From an uncultured virus (IMG/VR IMGVR_UViG_3300021437_000014) (Duplodnaviria; Heunggongvirae; Uroviricota; Caudoviricetes), in the IMG/VR virus record IMGVR_UViG_3300021437_000014: a stretch of 64,000 nucleotides of DNA, one strand, 5' to 3'. The notes under the pieces were generated by a model, which saw only the letters and a list, made by a program, of their open reading frames with translations, made no database searches and had not been told where the DNA came from. The translations under genes were made by a program, and so were the position numbers. Of this stretch, positions 56,889 through 64,000 are shown one piece after another. Position 1 is the stretch's first letter. Each line of letters begins with the position of its first letter.

Positions 56889-57204
56889 ACAGCAGATCGT
56901 TCAGACTCACAGAGTCAATCTTGTATTCCTTGCAGTCAGACCATAACCCATGCTTGTCAAAATCCTTCTCAAAGAAGCGGTGACAGTAGTAGGCTTCATA
57001 CGAATCATATTGGTGGTACCAACCATCCTTGCCAGTACCACCCATAGTCAAATTATCTGACGGGTCTGCCACAATAACCTCAGCAAGCACCGTGTCTTGT
57101 GGCTCAAGTTTTCCAGGGTCTTCCTTGTTTGACCAATTCTCAACCATGTCTGTACGGTACAGTCTATATACCCAGAAATTAAGCATCTTCGTCTCCTGAA
57201 ACAA
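56848..57204 (-). CDS. Hypothetical protein
   Basis: ORF in early gene run; start uncertain. Confidence 0.5.
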   Translation of the reverse strand: MFQETKMLNFWVYRLYRTDMVENWSNKEDPGKLEPQDTVLAEVIVADPSDNLTMGGTGKDGWYHQYDSYEAYYCHRFFEKDFDKHGLWSDCKEYKIDSVSLNDLLYESRSLSNRTARR

Positions 57205-57526
57205 ACTCTACATTGTGCTCTCCCATTGCAAGTGAGATAGCCGTCAGAATCTTTGCATTCGTTTCTCCGTATACTTCTGGTCTGTCCCAGAATCCTACGC
57301 CATGTCTATTTCGTGTTATCCATAAGTCATGCCCCATCTGCGCGGTGTTTGACATGTCTATATCAAGTTCTCTGCAAGCGTCGTAAAAGTTTCTGCATGA
57401 GACGTATGCATGCATCTTGTCACGCTTTGATAGCCTTGCATCTGGAGGGTTATCGTTGTCGGGCGTGTCTTCTGTGAAGTAGACAGCCTCAATGTAGGCG
57501 TCTGTGAGTTGCTGAATGATCGACAT
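57179..57526 (-). CDS. Conserved phage early protein
   Basis: AYIEA...GHDLWITRNRHGVGFWDR. Confidence 0.65.
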   Translation of the reverse strand: MSIIQQLTDAYIEAVYFTEDTPDNDNPPDARLSKRDKMHAYVSCRNFYDACRELDIDMSNTAQMGHDLWITRNRHGVGFWDRPEVYGETNAKILTAISLAMGEHNVEFVSGDEDA

Positions 57527-57545
57527 TTCATGTTCCTGTAAGTTA

Positions 57546-58607
57546 TTAGACGTAAATCGTCACTGACTCTGCCGCCCTTGTGATGGCCGTATATAGCCAC
57601 TTCTTGCTATCTTCTTTGAAGACGTGGGATTCATCTACAACAAGAACCTTGTCCCACTGCGAACCTTGCGCCTTGTGTGTCGTGATGGCATAGCCATAAG
57701 TGAAGTTATCGCATTGGCGTTTCTTTTGCCACGTCAAATCTGCCTCTTCTCCGGTGAAAAACTCGTTGAACACCAGTAGGTTCAGCAACTTGCTGTTGTC
57801 CTCGACCTTCAGGCTTACAGCGTCTGAGTCGTAAATTGACTCTACTACTTTCCACAGTGAGCCGTTGAGGTATCCTCGTTCTCGGTTGTTCGCCAGTGCA
57901 ATCAGTTTGTCGCTCACAAGTGGCCGAAGCTCGTCAGTGAACGTCTTGCGGTAGCGTCGGTTGAGTGACTCTCTCGTGTTGTTGCGCCCCACAAGCACCT
58001 GGTCATGTAGACCGATGGCCTCAGTGGTGAACTCTCGATTCTTGAGAACCCGACAATTACCGTAGGTTCCAGGCGTGATTCGCTCACCCTCCCGTGCCAG
58101 GGTTGCAAGGTAGATGATAGGAGAATCTGCCGCTTGCCTGTGAATCTCCGTTAGGTTGAAATCTGGCTGGCTCAGGACGAAGAACGGTGTCTCTCCGATT
58201 GGTGGTAGCTGGTGCGAGTCACCCAGTACCAACACCTTCCTTGCAAGTTTCAGAAGGTCCTCGCCCAACTGTGTCCCTACCATCGACACTTCATCAAGAA
58301 TCACCATGTCCGCTAGTTTTATAGGGCTATCGTGATTTAGCGAGAAGCTCCAAATGCCTGTCGTTTCGTTCAGCGTTGCTCTGTACAGTAGAGAGTGTAG
58401 CGTTGACGCTGGGCATCCCTTGCTCGTTAGAACATTGGCTGCTTTCCCAGTAAACGCTGCGAAGATCGTGTTCTCTGTCGCTAAATGTTTTGCAATTGTT
58501 GTTTTTCCAGTACCTGCGCTTCCAGTAAGCACAAATACTTTGTGATGCGTATTCTTCCACTTGTTCACAGCGTCAATTGCTTGTGCCTGTTGAGTCGAAA
58601 GTTTCAT
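57546..58607 (-). CDS. Dda/RecD-like SF1B DNA helicase
   Basis: GSAGTGKT, AFTGKAA, DEVSM, GDSHQLPP, HRQA, HKAQGSQW, YTAITRA. Confidence 0.92.
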   Translation of the reverse strand: MKLSTQQAQAIDAVNKWKNTHHKVFVLTGSAGTGKTTIAKHLATENTIFAAFTGKAANVLTSKGCPASTLHSLLYRATLNETTGIWSFSLNHDSPIKLADMVILDEVSMVGTQLGEDLLKLARKVLVLGDSHQLPPIGETPFFVLSQPDFNLTEIHRQAADSPIIYLATLAREGERITPGTYGNCRVLKNREFTTEAIGLHDQVLVGRNNTRESLNRRYRKTFTDELRPLVSDKLIALANNRERGYLNGSLWKVVESIYDSDAVSLKVEDNSKLLNLLVFNEFFTGEEADLTWQKKRQCDNFTYGYAITTHKAQGSQWDKVLVVDESHVFKEDSKKWLYTAITRAAESVTIYV

Positions 58608-58894
58608 AATCTTTTGGGTTTATTTGTTAACCTGATCTTTCGATCAGTATGCTCTAGATCGAACCACCAAGCACTGCACAACTTGTCTGTGAAAACTTGA
58701 TCAGACTTCGCGTGATCTTTCCAGTCTTGATTCGCAAGACCTTGTGATATTCCTTTGATTTCAGCGTCCCGTACAAGGTCGCCTACTTTCTGCCCTGCCA
58801 GTGAGCCTGCACGATAAAAACCAGCAGTATATGCAAGTGCTAATGCCAGTAGCAAAATAGGTAAACGTGACGCTGGACGCTTTGGGTTAAACAT
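58604..58894 (-). CDS. Hypothetical protein with N-terminal TM/signal segment
   Basis: LPILLLALALAYTAG. Confidence 0.55.
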   Translation of the reverse strand: MFNPKRPASRLPILLLALALAYTAGFYRAGSLAGQKVGDLVRDAEIKGISQGLANQDWKDHAKSDQVFTDKLCSAWWFDLEHTDRKIRLTNKPKRL

Positions 58895-58939
58895 ACACTT
58901 TAACCTACATTAAACAGACGAAAACGCTTCGTCTAGACG

Positions 58940-58974
58940 AAAAAGAAGAGAGGTGCAGGTTGCACCTCTCTTCT
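58940..58974 (-). terminator. Intrinsic terminator
   Basis: 14-bp stem AGAAGAGAGGTGCA/TGCACCTCTCTTCT followed by T-tract on the minus strand. Confidence 0.85.
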
Positions 58975-58994
58975 ACACACTCAACCTTGAGTGA

Positions 58995-59282
58995 TTAGGC
59001 GGCTTCAGCGGCCTCTGCTGCGATGCAGAACACGCCAACGTGTTGTACGCCGTCCACGCTGTACTGACGCACACTGTACTTGTGTGGGGAGTTGGTACGC
59101 TTCTTGAATGCGGAGACTGCAGAGGTCAACTTCGCAGCGGCCTTGGCGCTGTCGATGAAGTCATTGGTCTCGATACACTCGCCAGGTTGGAGGCTCTTCA
59201 GACCATACTTGTCGGAACCCTCACGGGTACCGAAGTTGCGAACGAGAGCAGGAACTGCACGGGTAGATTTGACGATTTGCAT
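58995..59282 (-). CDS. Small, probably highly expressed putative DNA-binding protein
   Basis: SDKYGLKSLQPGEC...YSVR...GVF pattern; own promoter and terminator. Confidence 0.6.
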   Translation of the reverse strand: MQIVKSTRAVPALVRNFGTREGSDKYGLKSLQPGECIETNDFIDSAKAAAKLTSAVSAFKKRTNSPHKYSVRQYSVDGVQHVGVFCIAAEAAEAA

Positions 59283-59349
59283 GACGATTCTTTCAAGATA
59301 AACGGTCGGTTGTTGAGCCGCTACAGAGAAGTCTCAGTAGCGTGTGAGT

Positions 59350-59378
59350 ATTATAACTCTGTTTTGGTCTACTTGCAA
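59350..59378 (-). promoter_or_regulatory. Near-consensus sigma70 promoter
   Basis: TTGCAA-17-TATAAT with AT-rich upstream sequence. Confidence 0.8.
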
Positions 59379-59385
59379 AATATTT

Positions 59386-59592
59386 TTACAAGGTTTCCTC
59401 CTGTCGGATTTGTGATCGTAGTCGTTCAAGCCGTGCCTTGTGAAACTCGACAGAGGCAGTTGCAGTTGCAAGTGTGTCTGTCGCAAGTACGAGTTGACGC
59501 TCTGCGTCCTCCATCTCTTTTTCAGCGGTAATGATCATGTCAGACACCAACTCAGCCGCAGTAGGGTGTCGCAGGATTCGCATAAATTTCAT
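59386..59592 (-). CDS. Hypothetical coiled-coil protein
   Basis: ORF in early gene run. Confidence 0.5.
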   Translation of the reverse strand: MKFMRILRHPTAAELVSDMIITAEKEMEDAERQLVLATDTLATATASVEFHKARLERLRSQIRQEETL

Positions 59593-59623
59593 TTTATCTT
59601 TCAGTGTTGTAAGTAAACTACAG

Positions 59624-59935
59624 TCAAGGTTTCTCTACTGTGAGTCGCAACGCTGGCGCTCCGACTTTCGTACAGGAATCGACGATCTCTTGAGGTACAA
59701 GTACCCTCATTCGTACTGCGGTCCAGTCTGTCGCGCTACGTCCGGCGACGTGTGAAACCTTGACAGTGCCTTTAGTCCCTGCCCAGTCTCCAGCACCGAG
59801 CCGCTTGAGTGAGTCTGCCAAGTCGTCAAGTTCAGCCAGCAACACGTCAATCTGACTCTTTTGTTCTATGTAGGTATCCACCAGGTCTTCTACTGATTTG
59901 AGGTTCAGTTCAAGTTTCATGATTTGTCCTTTCAA
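59624..59935 (-). CDS. Hypothetical protein
   Basis: ORF in early gene run; start may be the ATG at 59920. Confidence 0.55.
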   Translation of the reverse strand: MKGQIMKLELNLKSVEDLVDTYIEQKSQIDVLLAELDDLADSLKRLGAGDWAGTKGTVKVSHVAGRSATDWTAVRMRVLVPQEIVDSCTKVGAPALRLTVEKP

Positions 59936-60261
59936 TGAGCGCAGTCTGTTTTCTCAAGTTTCTCGGTGTGAGCGATTGCGTCTTGCATGAGCTTGCCAAA
60001 GTCCACTGAGGCTTGCTGAGCCTCAAGTGCCTTGACTGTCGCCCGTCCTGGGTTAACCGCCACTCGCTCGCTGTAGTCTGAGAACAGGCGGTGAATCTTT
60101 GACATGCCGTTGATTCGACTTGCTGTCGCTGAAGTCACAAGGTTCTTGCCGCGCTTCTTCGTCGTTAGATCAAACTCCCACAGGGTCTCACCTATCTTGA
60201 ACGTCTCTGTTGACGTGACGTAATTGTCGCCATAAATGTCTTTTCCAGAACGTGTCTTCAT
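59932..60261 (-). CDS. Hypothetical protein
   Basis: GGAG RBS; 4-nt overlaps. Confidence 0.55.
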   Translation of the reverse strand: MKTRSGKDIYGDNYVTSTETFKIGETLWEFDLTTKKRGKNLVTSATASRINGMSKIHRLFSDYSERVAVNPGRATVKALEAQQASVDFGKLMQDAIAHTEKLEKTDCAH

Positions 60262-60689
60262 TTTGCTTGCTCCTGTAAATCTTTGATAAGCTCACCAATC
60301 ACCGACTCTATGTACGCTTCCTCATTTGACTCAATGCCGAATAGAGACTCTTTCTCCACCACTGGAGAGACAATTACGCCAACGTACCCCCACTCACCGT
60401 CTACGTAGGCTTTTAGGTGCTTGTAGTCGTCTTGCACTGCGTCTTCAACGTCAGATGGGTCAAGTCCCCACACCTCAAGAGCTTTCTTGCGGCTCGCTGT
60501 GAAGTCATATACGGTGTTGTACGTCAACAACTTGCAGTCAGCCGCTCTAATGTTCCACTCATTTCGAGTAACAACTACACCGTGGCAGTCACTATTTAAC
60601 CACGGCGGCTCAGCCGCATCGTCTGCAACAATGCGGACACGGTATTGTTTACCGTCTACGGTGCGAATTTCAGACTTAATATCAGGCAT
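60258..60689 (-). CDS. Conserved phage early protein
   Basis: PPW...HGVV...EWGYVGVIV...SLFGIE; AAGGA RBS. Confidence 0.6.
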   Translation of the reverse strand: MPDIKSEIRTVDGKQYRVRIVADDAAEPPWLNSDCHGVVVTRNEWNIRAADCKLLTYNTVYDFTASRKKALEVWGLDPSDVEDAVQDDYKHLKAYVDGEWGYVGVIVSPVVEKESLFGIESNEEAYIESVIGELIKDLQEQAK

Positions 60690-61125
60690 TTTGATTTCCT
60701 TTAAACATTTTGTTGAGTTGTGCCCATGTTTCACTAATCTCTGAGGCTGTCATAGTACTGAAAAACTTGTCAAGTTGGGTCCACATTTCGCGGGCTTCTT
60801 TGATGGTCATGCTGTCAAGTTTTGACTGCCTTGGCGTCGTCTCTGGCTCCGGTTTTACATTACGAACTTTCCTTGGTAGCATCTCGTAAGTCTTACCTAC
60901 AACTCTGTAAACCTTACGAGTTCCAAAGTTATCATAAAACAAGGAACTTGTGACCATACCTCGATCTTCAAGTTGAGAAAGAATGGTCGAAGCTGAGTCC
61001 AGTTTCAACTCTGTCCTGACACGTTTCGCTGAGCTGTCTGGATGGTCTTTCAGGTAGAGCCATATACGCTCTATTTGTGGTTTGAAAGATACTGCCTTGA
61101 TAATGGCAGATTGCAGGTCACTCAT
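60682..61125 (-). CDS. Putative winged-helix DNA-binding protein
   Basis: IWLYLKDHP...STILSQLEDRGMV; AAGGA RBS. Confidence 0.55.
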   Translation of the reverse strand: MSDLQSAIIKAVSFKPQIERIWLYLKDHPDSSAKRVRTELKLDSASTILSQLEDRGMVTSSLFYDNFGTRKVYRVVGKTYEMLPRKVRNVKPEPETTPRQSKLDSMTIKEAREMWTQLDKFFSTMTASEISETWAQLNKMFKGNQNA

Positions 61126-61135
61126 ATGTTTCCTT

Positions 61136-61315
61136 TCAATTGTCAAGTTTTACTCGTACAGTGCCAACTGTGGCATTCTTGTATTTCAAAGCCCAAGTCT
61201 TTCGTCCTGTTACCCTTCCGGCTTCAGCCGCCACCGCCAGCAAAACCCTGACGGTAATGCCAAGGTGGGGCAACTCAATCTCATTACGGTCGTGAAAAGC
61301 AACAATCTCTTCCAT
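61136..61315 (-). CDS. Small hypothetical protein (59 aa)
   Basis: Manual translation MEEIVAFHDRNEIELPHLG...; fills gap. Confidence 0.45.
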   Translation of the reverse strand: MEEIVAFHDRNEIELPHLGITVRVLLAVAAEAGRVTGRKTWALKYKNATVGTVRVKLDN

Positions 61316-62461
61316 TTAAAACCCCATCAATTTTTTGTATTTTTCGTTCTGAGCCTCAAGCCCAGCGACTTTGACTTGCAACTCTGCGATAAACAGCGCT
61401 GCATCTTCTGGTGTTTCCTCGCACATCAAGCGTAGGTCTTCAAAAGTGTCTCCATAGTCTTCATCAGGTTCTACTTTACTTGTAGATATACTCCACTTGA
61501 ACGGGTCGGCTTCAGTCGAATAACCGCCCTTCGGCGCTTTACTTACAGAGCTGAACAGGTCTTTGTCTGTGTAAGACTTCATATAACCTGTCTTTGGCTT
61601 CTTCGTGTCCCAAGCCAACTTTTGTGCTGCTTTTGCATCCCGCTTAACAGGCAGGTCATCCCACTTGATCTTCAAGACTGCCTGCAACAACTGTTCAAGT
61701 CCAGCCACACTCAACCACTCATCTGGTGTGTGCTGATTCGCATAGAACACCCCCACATTGAAGCATTCTGGGATGATGGTGCAGTAGACTTTCGTGTCGG
61801 TGAAGCTCCCACGGTGGGACACGACCCAAGGTTTCTCGAACGTACCGCCAGCGTCTAGCGCCTTGCACAGGGCCAAGGCTGACTCCGTAGAGGCGCAGGC
61901 GAGACCGCCTTGGGTGACGATCACCTCTGGCGCTTCGCCACGCTGTACGGCACGATCAAACGCCACTGCGCGGCTGAATTGGTCAAGCCAGTCACGCTTC
62001 TTTGACAGGACCGCATAAGCACCTAGCCCGCCGCGCTCCTCCCCTGTGTGGAAGATGTAAGAGCCGGGTACCTTCGCTGCGATCATCTTCAACAGGATGT
62101 AAATACCTGCTCCATCATCCGCACCTAGACAGCCAGACTTGGACTTGTCAGACAGGAAAAGATCACCAAACCCAGGGTCATATGCAAGCTGCTGAGGTGT
62201 TCCGTCAGACTCCTGCGTTCCGTGACACGTGTCGATGTGGCATGAAAACAGCGTGTCGGACTTTTCGTCCGTCGTCACCACGAGACAGCCCTCTGGGAAT
62301 GCCTGTGGTGTGTACCCCATTGACTTCAAGATAGCGTGGAGCCACAGACGAAAGTTCGTGTCACCAGTCGATGTGTGTGCCCGTTTTGTGGACAGGATTG
62401 TGGACAGGAGTGGGTCAACTGTCGCTGGGACTGGTACTTCAATTTGGTTATCAAACAACAT
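61316..62461 (-). CDS. Zn-dependent peptidase, M28/M20 family
   Basis: SCHIDT, LGADDGAG, GEERG, AFDR, FTDT, QHTPDE; start moved to ATG 62461. Confidence 0.85.
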   Translation of the reverse strand: MLFDNQIEVPVPATVDPLLSTILSTKRAHTSTGDTNFRLWLHAILKSMGYTPQAFPEGCLVVTTDEKSDTLFSCHIDTCHGTQESDGTPQQLAYDPGFGDLFLSDKSKSGCLGADDGAGIYILLKMIAAKVPGSYIFHTGEERGGLGAYAVLSKKRDWLDQFSRAVAFDRAVQRGEAPEVIVTQGGLACASTESALALCKALDAGGTFEKPWVVSHRGSFTDTKVYCTIIPECFNVGVFYANQHTPDEWLSVAGLEQLLQAVLKIKWDDLPVKRDAKAAQKLAWDTKKPKTGYMKSYTDKDLFSSVSKAPKGGYSTEADPFKWSISTSKVEPDEDYGDTFEDLRLMCEETPEDAALFIAELQVKVAGLEAQNEKYKKLMGF

Positions 62462-64000
62462 GATAGGTTTCCAAGGTTCTGACTTGTGCTTCTGTGCCTT
62501 GCAGAGTCTGTGCTTCTGTGCCTTGCAGAGTCTGTGCTTCTGTGCCTTGCAGAGTCTGTGCTTCTGTGCCTTGCAGAGTCTGTGCTTCTGTGCCTTGCAG
62601 AGTCTGTGCTTCTGTGCCTTGAACAACCTCCAAGGTCTTTACACAGTTTGGGTACTCAACTGCCGAAGCCTCTGCATATAACAATTCCACGTACTTCCGT
62701 ACTTGGTTTTGCTTCTCGCTTTCCACACGGTTATACATGTACTGTCTACAGACAGCCTGCATGTATTCTACCTTCACGGCCAAGGGTGCTTGGCGTATAT
62801 CGTAATTGTAAATTAAATACGAACGTCCTATAGACTTAGCATATTTAACCAAACCTGGTGAGTAGCTACCTGAATACAGGTTCGCTACCCTGGTATGTCC
62901 AATAGCATCATCAGGTGACATACCCGTAAGCCACTCAACGCCGCGAATCTCAAGTGCCTTGACCATCTCGCTCTCTTGCCGTTTGTGTGTATAACGGTTA
63001 GTACCAACAAAGTTAAACTTCCCAAGGCCTTTAACATACTGAATCTGACCGTCCCACACCTCAACAACATTGTGCGTTGCCATCGTAACCTTCGCACCAG
63101 ATACCGTCCGCAGTACTTTTACTCCAGGAGCTGCGTAAATCTTTCTTCCCTCGTCAAGTCCAGCAAGTCGCACGTCAGCTTTAGTCACCTCTGTCTTGTG
63201 CTTATACTTCTTACCCTCAGTTGTCGCGTAGACTACCGCATCTACAGCTCTGATAGCTTTCCCAGAAACCGTCGTAACTATTCCGTTAGTTAACGAGTAA
63301 TCTTCATTTGAATAAAACTCACTGTCAAGTTTATATATACCGTAAACATACAGATTCTGTTCCGAATTGAAATACCACACTCCATTCACACTAACACACA
63401 AGCTTTTTTGTGTGTAGTGATGAGTACGCCTCAGGTGTCCTGCTTCAACCCAACCCTCAAGTGAGGATATCGTTTGGCTTGCCTCTGTTATTTCGCCGTT
63501 TAACCACACGGTTACTGTTGCCTCCTCGAGTTTGTTAACTTGCGTGCCTGTTACAGGGCATGTGAACCTACTATCCTCTGTACTAAAATTCTTCAAGTAG
63601 ACATTACCTGCCGTGGAGCCGTAATAAATATGGCAGCCAAGGTTTATCATCTTCTGCCTTGTGCTTCCTCGTAGGCATGTCAACACACCGTCCACAAGAG
63701 CCACTGAGCAAGTGGCACTCTCTGCCCTCTGCCCATTCTGGTCCAGGTACGGCACAGCATAATGACCGTCCAGCGATTCGACCTCACCGTCTTGCAGCCG
63801 TACAGTATTAAAGGTCATACCTTGAAAATCCGTTAAAGGCCACCCGTTGTTATCCAACCACCTATCAAGTGTCCTATTTCCGTAAGTGCGAATCCTGCCT
63901 TTTTTCTCAGGGTGGTCAATCACAAGACAACGCGCTGCTGGCTTATTCTCGACGTATAGTACAGCAAGTTTGATGTATTGTGTCTTGTATGCGTTCGCTG
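62451..64000 (-). CDS. Large hypothetical protein, 5' end beyond the window
   Basis: Frame open to base 64000; AARCLV...RTYG...PYLD; C-terminal QGTEAQTL repeats. Confidence 0.7.
   Translation of the reverse strand, partial: ANAYKTQYIKLAVLYVENKPAARCLVIDHPEKKGRIRTYGNRTLDRWLDNNGWPLTDFQGMTFNTVRLQDGEVESLDGHYAVPYLDQNGQRAESATCSVALVDGVLTCLRGSTRQKMINLGCHIYYGSTAGNVYLKNFSTEDSRFTCPVTGTQVNKLEEATVTVWLNGEITEASQTISSLEGWVEAGHLRRTHHYTQKSLCVSVNGVWYFNSEQNLYVYGIYKLDSEFYSNEDYSLTNGIVTTVSGKAIRAVDAVVYATTEGKKYKHKTEVTKADVRLAGLDEGRKIYAAPGVKVLRTVSGAKVTMATHNVVEVWDGQIQYVKGLGKFNFVGTNRYTHKRQESEMVKALEIRGVEWLTGMSPDDAIGHTRVANLYSGSYSPGLVKYAKSIGRSYLIYNYDIRQAPLAVKVEYMQAVCRQYMYNRVESEKQNQVRKYVELLYAEASAVEYPNCVKTLEVVQGTEAQTLQGTEAQTLQGTEAQTLQGTEAQTLQGTEAQTLQGTEAQVRTLETYHVV
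62485..62621. repeat. 24-bp perfect tandem repeat, about 5.7 copies
   Basis: TGTGCTTCTGTGCCTTGCAGAGTC. Confidence 0.97.

Noticed and set aside
62462..62626. KAQKHRLC repeats as the peptidase N-terminus
   Set aside because: Alternate-frame reading of the VNTR in the upstream gene; ATG 62461 is the more plausible start
1..64000. tRNAs, introns, inteins, integrase or CI-type repressor
   Set aside because: None recognised by eye; terminase, polymerase and primase ORFs are continuous. tRNAscan/Infernal were not run, so small RNAs could be missed

Overview
This window is most of the genome of a long-tailed dsDNA phage (siphovirus-type), probably lytic; no integrase or CI-type repressor was seen, but genes run off both edges. 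The host is plausibly a betaproteobacterium (inference from a host-like DUF1289 gene). The + strand (about 570-36800) carries the virion and lysis genes: lambda GpA-like terminase, portal, a 7 kb unassigned cassette of virion-like genes, S49 protease with nested scaffold, decoration protein, major capsid, head-tail genes, two paralogous tail-tube genes, a -1 frameshifted tail chaperone, a 2430-aa tape measure protein, a tail fibre and lysis genes. The - strand (about 36800-64000) carries SbcCD, a resolvase, ThyX, family A DNA polymerase, dNMP kinase, a MazG-like protein, a DEDDh exonuclease, a putative SSB, primase-helicase, a split SNF2 helicase, DNA ligase, a Dda-like helicase, an M28 peptidase and many small early genes. 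The most notable element is a solo, transposase-free TnpB directly after the major tail-tube gene. It has a rearranged (Fanzor-like) RuvC-II site, an intact IS200/IS605 right end and predicted omegaRNA/guide, and no recognisable left end. Also notable are an antisense RHH + HNH cassette with an operator-like repeat, a frameshifted HNH-AP2 gene sharing a CATG start with the endolysin, and the portal-linked structural cassette. All calls come from motif reading by eye; no searches were run.
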